Shown here: piece by piece, positions 25,334-32,438 of the stretch
How positions within the stretch are numbered: position 1 is the first letter of the stretch
How the letters are laid out: the number at the start of each line of letters is the position of its first letter
Source of the DNA: an uncultured bacterium
GTDB lineage: Bacteria > Cyanobacteriota > Vampirovibrionia > Gastranaerophilales > Gastranaerophilaceae
Assembly: GCA_949288685.1 (NCBI GenBank)
Contig: CASELB010000084.1
Location: 1 to 32,438 of the forward strand
Direction of reading: 5' to 3'
DNA: 32,438 nucleotides
Position numbers and translations under genes: made by a program
The notes under the pieces: generated by a model
Told to the model about the DNA's origin: nothing
The model's database searches: none
The model's input: only the letters and a program-made list of their open reading frames with translations

Positions 25334-26932
25334 ATGTTAGCAATTAATCAGCCAAAAATTTACAAATCGGGGGCAGCATTAGTTGTAGAGGCGCTAAAGA
25401 ATTCTTGTGTAACAAATATATTTGGCTACCCCGGAGCGAGTGTGTTGTCGTTATATAATGAACTGGCAGATGTAAAAGAAATTACTCATTGTCTTTGCCG
25501 GCATGAACAGGCATGCGTGCATGCTGCGGAAGGGTATGCAAGAGTGTCCGGAAAACCCGGAGTTGTCCTTGTAACCTCAGGACCGGGGGCGACAAATACT
25601 CTAACAGGAATAGCGGATGCTTACGCAGATTCTACTCCTTTGGTTGTCATAGCGGGGGCGCCAAACAGTAAAGGAGGTAAAGTATTTCAAAATGTTGATT
25701 TTGTTTCGATGGCTAAGCCTGTAGTAAAGGAAATATTTACACCTGATATTGATGACAATGTTTATATGATTATTAAGAAGGCTGTAAATGCTGCGTGCAC
25801 AGGCAAAAAAGGTCCTGTTCTCGTAGAGCTTTCAAGGGCGGTTCTGGAAAATAATTTTGAAGTAACTGATGTGAATGAGGAAATATTACAAACTTCGCAA
25901 GAATTAGATGTATGCGTCTCAGAAATAGTTTCTTTGATTAATTCTGCGGCTTCTCCGCTTTTTATTGTCGGCGGCGGATGCAGGGATGAATTTTATAATA
26001 TTTCCGCTCTGGCGTCTTTAACTGATATTCAGGTTGTTACTACTTTAATGGGCGTAGGTAATATTTCCGCAGATGTAAGTACATATCAGGGTATGATAGG
26101 AGTTAACGGTTCGCTAGCTGCCAATAAAGCTGTTTCAGAGTCTGATTTAATTATTGCATTCGGAGTGGCTTTTAGCGACCGGACAACCTGTAAGTCCGGT
26201 GTATTTGCAAACGGAACGCCTGTAATCAATGTGAATATTGAGCCGTATAAGTTCGGAAATGTAAATGTAGTAAAAGAAGTAAACTGTGATTGCGGTCTTG
26301 TGATTAAACAATTGATAAAAAGCGGAATTGTTAAAAGAGCGGAAAAAGAAAAAAATGCTCCTGTTTTGTCACATTTAAAGACAAACGGCAAAATGAGTAC
26401 GGAAGACGTTTTAAACCTTATAAACTCGTATACAAAAAGTTTAAATCCGGTAATAATTACAGATGTGGGGCAGCACCAGATGATAGCTGCAAAGTGTTTT
26501 GAATTTCATACATCAAAACGATTTTTGACATCGGGAGGCATGGGGACAATGGGTTTTGGACTTCCCGCATCGTGCGGTGTTCATTTTGCGCAGCCTGATT
26601 CGTGTATTATTAATATAACCGGTGACGGCTCTTTTCAGATGAATATTCAGGAACTTGCCACCGTAAGCGAGTATAATGTTCCTGTAAAAATATTTGTTAT
26701 GAATAACGGATACTTAGGGATGATAAGACAAATGCAGGAGAAATTTTTTGGCGGAAAGTGTTATCAGTCAAAAATTTATAACCCTGATTTTATAAAACTT
26801 GCTGAAGGGTATAATATAAAAGGGTATAGGGTTTCGGATGTAAGCGGTTTGTATAATATTTTGCCGGAAGTATTTGCTGAGCGCGAGCCGGTAATAATAG
26901 ATTGTTTTATAGATGAATTTGAAAATGTTTAA
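25334..26932 (+). CDS. ilvB: acetolactate synthase large (catalytic) subunit / ThDP-dependent enzyme
   Basis: GYPGASVL, TSGPGATN, GGMGTMGFGLPA and TGDGSFQMNIQELAT ... NNGYLGMIRQMQ motifs. The start is set at the ATG at 25334, because the track's TTG at 25304 gives a non-homologous extension. Confidence 0.85.
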   Translation: MLAINQPKIYKSGAALVVEALKNSCVTNIFGYPGASVLSLYNELADVKEITHCLCRHEQACVHAAEGYARVSGKPGVVLVTSGPGATNTLTGIADAYADSTPLVVIAGAPNSKGGKVFQNVDFVSMAKPVVKEIFTPDIDDNVYMIIKKAVNAACTGKKGPVLVELSRAVLENNFEVTDVNEEILQTSQELDVCVSEIVSLINSAASPLFIVGGGCRDEFYNISALASLTDIQVVTTLMGVGNISADVSTYQGMIGVNGSLAANKAVSESDLIIAFGVAFSDRTTCKSGVFANGTPVINVNIEPYKFGNVNVVKEVNCDCGLVIKQLIKSGIVKRAEKEKNAPVLSHLKTNGKMSTEDVLNLINSYTKSLNPVIITDVGQHQMIAAKCFEFHTSKRFLTSGGMGTMGFGLPASCGVHFAQPDSCIINITGDGSFQMNIQELATVSEYNVPVKIFVMNNGYLGMIRQMQEKFFGGKCYQSKIYNPDFIKLAEGYNIKGYRVSDVSGLYNILPEVFAEREPVIIDCFIDEFENV

Positions 26933-28710
26933 GGTTTTAGTACTACCATTTCGCAGTTTTTGCAATCAAACTTGAGCGGGTATTTTACTCCTCTGTCGTC
27001 AATAAGATATAATTCTTCTTTGGATTTGCATTTGTTAAGTGCCCATTTTATACAGTGCTTAGTCCTCATAAGTTCTGTTTGATTTACCGGCATTTCTTTT
27101 TCCGGTGCATATTCCTGTATATTACAGCCGGAGTCTTTATAAAATTCTTCTGCATATTTATTGTATACGTTCTCGTGATAATCTCCGATAGTTAGGGGGT
27201 ATTTTGCAAGTTTTATTTCTTTTCCTTCCTGTAATATGTAGTTGTCAAGTCGTTTTGCCATAAGTTTTTCAAAAATGAGCCGCCTCAATGCGTTTATTTG
27301 TGATATCGGATAAAAATCAATATCCTGCTCAATTATCAGTTCTTCTATATAAAAATCAGATTGCCCTGTTTTATTTAACTGGTTTATTAAATTGTTTTTT
27401 GCGGCATCTTTGTTTTTAGGCACGTTACCATCCGGCATGATTTCTTTTATAATATTGCCGTCTTCGTCGATTGCCTGTATATAATTATCCTTAATTAGTA
27501 TTTTACATCCGATTTTTCTGCTTATTTTACTTGTCTCCAGCCGCTTTTCAAAATCAACATCCTGATTTCTGTAAATTTCGGTATTTTGCGGTATATGGAT
27601 ATAATTGTTCGGGAACACTTTATTCCTGTCAACTCTGTTTACGGCAAAACCTTTTAGCTCTCCGTCTTTTGAAAAATAACAAAGTCCGTCCTGCGGGGAT
27701 ATTTTTTGTTCGGTATCAATTATGTAGTAGTTTTTCCCTGCATTTTTAATTATACCCAGTTTTTCACCGATGGATTTTGGAGAATTAAAATTAAAGCAAT
27801 TTTCACGCCCGTTTAAAAAATAAGTTGTGTATCCGCGGTTAAAAGTTTTATTTATATCCGGTTCAAAACCGTTTAGAAATATTTTACCTGAAGATGTCTT
27901 TTTGCTATAGTTGTCCAAAAGATTGCGATAATATAGCGTAACATTTTTAACGTAGTTTTTATCTTTTAGTCTTCCTTCAATTTTGAATGACCTGACACCT
28001 GCGTTTACCATATCCTTTAAATATTTGGATGCGTTAAAATCTTTCAAAGAAAGTAAATATTTGTCTTTTATTAAAATGTTACCGTCTTTATCGTATAGTG
28101 AGTATTTTTTACGGCATGGCTGCGCGCATTCTCCGCGGTTTGCCGAACGTGCTCCGATATACTGGCTTAAGTAACATTGACCGCTGTATGATACACATAA
28201 GGCACCGTGTATAAAACATTCAAGTTCTATATTTGGTGCGTATTCTGCAATTTCTTTGATTTGCTCAATAGATAATTCGCGCGCAAGGACTACTCTTGGC
28301 AAATTCATATTTTCAAAAAATTTAACTTTTTCTTTTGTCCTGTTGTTACATTGCGTGCTCAAATGGAGCGAAATCGGCGGAATTTTATTTTCTAAGGCTA
28401 GTTTTAAAATACCCGTATCCTGTATAATGATAGCGTCTGTTTTTATTTCGTAAAGTTGTCTGATGAGTTCTGCAGCTTTAATTAATTCTTCATCAGAGAG
28501 GATTGTGTTTACGGTAACATATACCTTTACATAAAATTTATGAGCGTACTCAATAATCTCTTTTATATCTTCAATAGTATTCCCTGCATTTTTTCTGGCA
28601 CCAAAAGCATTGGCGCCGATATATACGGCATCTGCACCGGAATTAATTGCTTCAATTGCGGTTTCCTTATCTTTTGCAGGTGATAGAAGTTCTGTTGTAC
28701 GGATTTTCAT
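26929..28710 (-). CDS. U32 family protein (peptidase U32 / Fe-S hydroxylase family), long form
   Basis: N-terminal ELLSPAKDKETAIEAINSGADAVYIG. Cys motif CVSYSGQC-x15-CAQPC (CX6CX15CX3C). The extra C-terminal domain ends in HCIKWALNKC ... DCKNC. Confidence 0.85.
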   Translation of the reverse strand: MKIRTTELLSPAKDKETAIEAINSGADAVYIGANAFGARKNAGNTIEDIKEIIEYAHKFYVKVYVTVNTILSDEELIKAAELIRQLYEIKTDAIIIQDTGILKLALENKIPPISLHLSTQCNNRTKEKVKFFENMNLPRVVLARELSIEQIKEIAEYAPNIELECFIHGALCVSYSGQCYLSQYIGARSANRGECAQPCRKKYSLYDKDGNILIKDKYLLSLKDFNASKYLKDMVNAGVRSFKIEGRLKDKNYVKNVTLYYRNLLDNYSKKTSSGKIFLNGFEPDINKTFNRGYTTYFLNGRENCFNFNSPKSIGEKLGIIKNAGKNYYIIDTEQKISPQDGLCYFSKDGELKGFAVNRVDRNKVFPNNYIHIPQNTEIYRNQDVDFEKRLETSKISRKIGCKILIKDNYIQAIDEDGNIIKEIMPDGNVPKNKDAAKNNLINQLNKTGQSDFYIEELIIEQDIDFYPISQINALRRLIFEKLMAKRLDNYILQEGKEIKLAKYPLTIGDYHENVYNKYAEEFYKDSGCNIQEYAPEKEMPVNQTELMRTKHCIKWALNKCKSKEELYLIDDRGVKYPLKFDCKNCEMVVLKP

Positions 28711-28792
28711 ATAGTGATTATAACATAACGGTTAAAAACTTGACTGAATAATTATTGTAATTGTACGATATTTAGTGAGGGAGATTGTAGAT

Positions 28793-29308
28793 ATGATGAA
28801 AAAAATAGCAATTGTAAACGGCGGTGAAGTTCTTGAAACGCTTATAGGATTTTTTAAAAACAGTGATATTGAAATAACTGCAGTAAGCGAGGCAGACGAT
28901 ACGATTTTAAAGTCTAACAGATTTGATTTAATAGTTATAAATGGTTCTGTACAAAAATTTGATAAAAATATTTTTAAGGAAAATACAGTGATAAGACTTC
29001 AACCTTCGCTGCTGCCGTCATTTGATATTAATGAACCTGTAAAAAGTGCATTCCTTGCCGGTGTAAAAGTAAGCGGTGTTACGGTATGTACACTTGATAA
29101 AGACGGGCGAAACGAGAAAATTCTGGCACAATTTCCTGTTTTAATAGATTATGATACCCATTTTGATGAGTTTGAGGAAAATATGCTTAAAACAGAAAAA
29201 ATGTTTTATCCTGTTGTCATAAAATCGATTTTGGAGAATAAACCTTTTACATTTAGCTGTGTTATGGGCGGAGGTTGCAGCGGAAGCTGCAGTACCTGCA
29301 AAAATTAA
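28793..29308 (+). CDS. PurN-like formyltransferase-fold protein with degenerate active site and Cys-rich C-terminal tail
   Basis: IRLQPSLLP ... GVKVSGVTVC ... LDKDG...ILAQ ... TEKMFYPVVI is collinear with PurN NIHPSLLP ... GCTVH ... LDxGPII ... EHxxYP, but the Asn and His of NxH are replaced by Arg and Gln. The protein ends in SCVMGGGCSGSCSTCKN. The GAGGGAG SD favours the ATG at 28793. Confidence 0.6.
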   Translation: MMKKIAIVNGGEVLETLIGFFKNSDIEITAVSEADDTILKSNRFDLIVINGSVQKFDKNIFKENTVIRLQPSLLPSFDINEPVKSAFLAGVKVSGVTVCTLDKDGRNEKILAQFPVLIDYDTHFDEFEENMLKTEKMFYPVVIKSILENKPFTFSCVMGGGCSGSCSTCKN

Positions 29309-30033
29309 TTATTTTCCCTCCGTCGATCATTAATAAATTTTTTAAGGTCGTTTGATAAGTTTACTGACTGGTGTATAAGCATATCATACCTTTTTAAATC
29401 CCCGATATTTTCGGATTCGGAGAGTAAATCTCTTGTGCCGTGCTGAGAAGCTGTATTTCCCTTCCGGTCATTCTGTTGACCGTTTTTACTGTCAATTTTA
29501 TACAGTATTGAATCGAGGTTCATGTTGTGTGATACACCGTTTTTAGCACAAAATTCTTTAACATCCATATTTGCAGGCAGTGTGTATAGCCATTTAATAG
29601 AGTTAATATCATTTGCTGACAGGGAGGTGACTCCGTATTGGTGTGGAGTGTACATTATATCGGTTATGTAAGGACTGTGTCCCAGCCCCAGTCCGTGTCC
29701 GATTTCGTGCAGTATTGTGTGATAAACTTCGTTTTCTGCCATATATTGCTGGTGGATTATTCCGTCTGAGAGCCCTATTGAAACCTCTGCACCGCATAGT
29801 CTTCCGTTTGTGTCATAATTTGTATAACAATGCCCCAGTGCGGTTCGTTCAACCCGTTTCCAGTCAACATTCATGTGAGACTCAAGAAGAACATTTGTAA
29901 TTTTGTATTGAAATTTACCTCCGCTGGCTGCTACCCAGGCATTAAGAGCATCCATTACCATTCTTCTGTAAATAGGGTCTTCTCCTTTTTTTGAATAAAA
30001 GTTCATAGGTGCAATGTATATACTAAGCGGCAT
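29305..30033 (-). CDS. matrixin-type (metzincin, M10-like) zinc metalloprotease, no signal peptide
   Basis: HTILHEIGHGLGLGHS (HExxHxxGxxH), with a downstream IMY as a possible Met-turn. The start is set at the ATG at 30033 (AGGTGG SD). The track's start at 30096 lacks an SD. Confidence 0.75.
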   Translation of the reverse strand: MPLSIYIAPMNFYSKKGEDPIYRRMVMDALNAWVAASGGKFQYKITNVLLESHMNVDWKRVERTALGHCYTNYDTNGRLCGAEVSIGLSDGIIHQQYMAENEVYHTILHEIGHGLGLGHSPYITDIMYTPHQYGVTSLSANDINSIKWLYTLPANMDVKEFCAKNGVSHNMNLDSILYKIDSKNGQQNDRKGNTASQHGTRDLLSESENIGDLKRYDMLIHQSVNLSNDLKKFINDRRRENN

Positions 30034-30157
30034 AATACACCACCTGATTAATTGACCGTTTCTTATACTGGAATTAAGATATGTTTTACTTTGCATACTT
30101 TTATTGTATAATAAATTAACAATGAGGTAAATATAATTAAGGGGAGGAATTCGGATT

Positions 30158-30502
30158 ATGATGAATATGATGAATATAGTAAAACAGGCACAGCAGTTTC
30201 AGAAAAAAATGAAGGATTTGCAAGATGAACTTGCTAAAACGGATGTTGAAATTGCAGCGGCAAATAATGCCGTAAAGGTAGTATATACCGGTCAGGCTCA
30301 CTTTAAATCATTAAAACTTTCAAAGAACGCGATTTCACCGGATAACCCTGAAAGTGTTTCAGATGATACTTTAGAAATGCTTGAAGATTTGTTAAATGCA
30401 GCATTAAAAGAGGCAGATACAAAGGCTACACAGCTTTTTGAAGAAAAAACCGGCGCTGTTGCCAAAGGCTTAAATTTACCTAATATTCCGGGTTTGTTCT
30501 AA
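30158..30502 (+). CDS. ybaB: nucleoid-associated protein YbaB/EbfC
   Basis: MMNMMNIVKQAQQFQKKMKDLQDELAK N-terminus, 114 aa, immediately upstream of recR (the conserved pairing). GGGGAGG SD. Confidence 0.9.
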   Translation: MMNMMNIVKQAQQFQKKMKDLQDELAKTDVEIAAANNAVKVVYTGQAHFKSLKLSKNAISPDNPESVSDDTLEMLEDLLNAALKEADTKATQLFEEKTGAVAKGLNLPNIPGLF

Positions 30503-30503
30503 T

Positions 30504-31100
30504 ATGATTTATCCGAAATCAATTGCGGCTTTAATTGAACAGTTCCAGAAATTTCCTTCAATAGGACAAAAATCCGCACAGAGAATGGCTTTTCATGTCT
30601 TGAAAATGCCGCTGTCCGAGGTGGAAAAGTTTGCTAATGCCATAGTTGAAGCGAAAAAAAATACGTGTACGTGTGAAATTTGTTATAATATTTCGACTGA
30701 ATCACCCTGCGAAATATGTCAGTCTCCCAAGCGCGACAGGTCAATAATTTGTGTTGTGGCAGAAACCAAAGACTTGATTGCCATTGAAAAAACAAACGAG
30801 TATAACGGGCTTTATCATGTTTTGCAAGGGGTAATTTCTCCTATGGAGGGAATAGGAGTTGATGATATAAGAATAAAAGAACTTCTTAACAGACTTGTGG
30901 ATGACAGAGTTAAGGAGGTTATTCTTGCGCTAAATCCTAATGTTGAAGGTGAGGCAACATGTCTGTACCTCACCAAACTTATTAAACCCTTTGGTATTAA
31001 AATATCAAGAATAGCATTCGGACTTCCTGTCGGAGCGGATTTGGAGTTTGCGGACGAAATTACTCTTGCCAAAGCAATTGAAGGCAGGCGTGATATTTAG
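30504..31100 (+). CDS. recR: recombination protein RecR
   Basis: HhH N-terminus (FPSIGQKSAQRMAFH), a CxxC...CxxC zinc finger (CEICYNISTESPCEICQS) and a Toprim domain (ICVVAETKDLIAIE). Confidence 0.92.
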   Translation: MIYPKSIAALIEQFQKFPSIGQKSAQRMAFHVLKMPLSEVEKFANAIVEAKKNTCTCEICYNISTESPCEICQSPKRDRSIICVVAETKDLIAIEKTNEYNGLYHVLQGVISPMEGIGVDDIRIKELLNRLVDDRVKEVILALNPNVEGEATCLYLTKLIKPFGIKISRIAFGLPVGADLEFADEITLAKAIEGRRDI

Positions 31101-32374
31101 CCTGTATGGACTTTAATAAGAGGTGTAGTTAAATCGCCCGGGGTCAGTCCCTGTTTTATAAGGTCTTTTATAGGTATAAGATATTCTTCTTCTCTGTCAA
31201 ATTTTTCTTTTAAAGAGTAGTAAGCAATTTCTACAAGCTCTTTTGCTATATCTCTTACTTTATAATGTCCGAGTCTTGTTTTTAGTCCTTCTCTCGGAAC
31301 TCTGTATCTGAATTCACTTATCTCTTCGTAGTCAAATTTCTCCAGCAGTTCTTCAGCGCTTTCTAATGCGCTTGTGTCATACATTATGCCTTTGTAAATG
31401 GCAAGTGCGGAATAAATATATTCTTCCGGTACGCTGTCATGGTTTCTTATTTCTATAAATGAATTTAGCCGGACATCAGGGAATGCGAGATTTGCGTGGA
31501 GTTTAAAGTCGTCAATTGCGGCAGTGTGACCTTCGTATCCGTTCTCCATAAATTGCCTGAAATTAATTTTACCGTTAATTTCTATAATATCATTATCCCT
31601 TTGGATAAATATCATCGGGATTTCCATCAGGTAATTAATATAGTTTTTAAAGAGATTTTCCGGCTCAAAATTTGTACCGAAACCGCAGCGCTCATTATCT
31701 GTATTCAGCCATGCAAGCGCTCTAAAACTATAGTAGCCGGTATCTACTCCGCCTCTGATTTTTGAATTTGCAAAAGCAGCCGTTGTGAACGGTGACATTT
31801 TATTTGCCAGATTAAATTTTCTTGCGGCATCTTCTTCATTCTTATAGTCAATACAAACTTGAATACCTGCAGTTTCTCTCATCATTACATCTGATAAAAT
31901 CCCGCCCAGATAATTTGCCATTACTTTGTATCTTCTTTTGGGATTAAGCGGAATATATCTGTAAGTAGATACAGGAGTGACGCCGTAATTTAAAAGTTTA
32001 ATATCATAACGTTTTAATAATCGCTCTATTTCTTTATTAATTCTGTCAATTTCCGCTTTAATATCTTTAATGTATTGCTTAGGTTCCAGACTAATTTCAA
32101 ACTGGCAGCCGGGTTCTATAGTTATTGTATTATGAAGTTTTTTCAGTCCGATAATATTTAAATCATCCAGAATATAATCCCAGTTATCAATTCTCGCAAA
32201 GTCGGACAGGAGTTCGCAAATACCCCATTCTCCGTAGTATGAAATGCTCCTGTAATCTTTTGTTGATACAGGTATTCGTTCATATTCCAGTCCGAGTTTT
32301 GTATCGGTCTTGCATCCGGATTGGAATAATTCTAAAATGGCTTCTGTTCTTAGTTTTTCTTTGCAATAGTTCAC
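31097..32374 (-). CDS. gshA: glutamate-cysteine ligase, GCS2 (plant/cyanobacterial-type) family
   Basis: GTG start with an AAAGGAG SD. LGLEYERIPV and IEPGCQFEISL motifs and the overall length fit the GCS2 family as I recall it. Confidence 0.7.
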   Translation of the reverse strand: MNYCKEKLRTEAILELFQSGCKTDTKLGLEYERIPVSTKDYRSISYYGEWGICELLSDFARIDNWDYILDDLNIIGLKKLHNTITIEPGCQFEISLEPKQYIKDIKAEIDRINKEIERLLKRYDIKLLNYGVTPVSTYRYIPLNPKRRYKVMANYLGGILSDVMMRETAGIQVCIDYKNEEDAARKFNLANKMSPFTTAAFANSKIRGGVDTGYYSFRALAWLNTDNERCGFGTNFEPENLFKNYINYLMEIPMIFIQRDNDIIEINGKINFRQFMENGYEGHTAAIDDFKLHANLAFPDVRLNSFIEIRNHDSVPEEYIYSALAIYKGIMYDTSALESAEELLEKFDYEEISEFRYRVPREGLKTRLGHYKVRDIAKELVEIAYYSLKEKFDREEEYLIPIKDLIKQGLTPGDLTTPLIKVHTG

Positions 32375-32438
32375 GATGTACTCCTTTTATTATTTTATCA
32401 TTAATAAAATAACAAATAATAAACTAAAAACATTTACC

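Noticed and set aside
30158-30175. Tandem ATGATGAAT ATGATGAAT repeat
   Set aside because: It is only two 9-nt copies encoding MMNMMN at the ybaB start. This is a trivial duplication, not a repeat array or a CRISPR.
1-32438. Search for CRISPR arrays, IS elements or inverted terminal repeats, integrases, reverse transcriptases, rRNA/tRNA genes and known defence-system genes
   Set aside because: None was seen. There are no regularly spaced repeats, no transposase-, integrase- or RT-like ORFs, and no structured RNA gene signatures that I could recognise by eye.

Overview
AT-rich (about one-third GC by eye, not computed) chromosomal segment from a flagellated, LPS-containing diderm bacterium. I support about 31 protein-coding genes. 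I found no rRNA, tRNA, CRISPR array, transposase or integrase. Recognisable genes: a flagellar rod operon (flgF-flgG-flgB-flgC) behind a sigma-28-type promoter, surE, prs, ferritin, an AI-2E permease overlapping a TIGR03960-like radical SAM gene, a GltD/NfnB-like oxidoreductase, recN, a PurD-like gene coupled to lptB-lptF/G and a DUF2233 phosphodiester glycosidase, an XRE regulator, a triple-SLH envelope protein, acetolactate synthase large subunit, a U32 Fe-S protein, a PurN-like protein, a matrixin-type metalloprotease, ybaB-recR and a GCS2-type glutamate-cysteine ligase. About ten lineage-specific orphan genes sit between them, most with no signal peptide and several bracketed by strong hairpin terminators. 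SLH anchoring, Lpt, a cyanobacterial/plant-type GshA and flagella fit non-photosynthetic cyanobacterial relatives (Melainabacteria/Vampirovibrionia) or another low-GC diderm; this cannot be settled without a database search. Most interesting observations: (1) a riboswitch-like terminator/antiterminator leader directly abutting the Shine-Dalgarno (SD) sequence of an orphan membrane-protein gene; (2) a 117-aa ORF with no Lys, Arg or His, a duplicated VETAGSIA module and a C-terminal GG-SCSYSC tail, echoed by the GGGCSGSCSTCKN tail on a degenerate PurN-like protein; (3) PurD-like and PurN-like genes whose catalytic motifs look eroded; (4) two unrelated membrane proteins that share an MV[EQ]GVG N-terminus. 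I found no complete, recognisable novel multi-gene system. The candidates above are hypotheses that need database and comparative checks.
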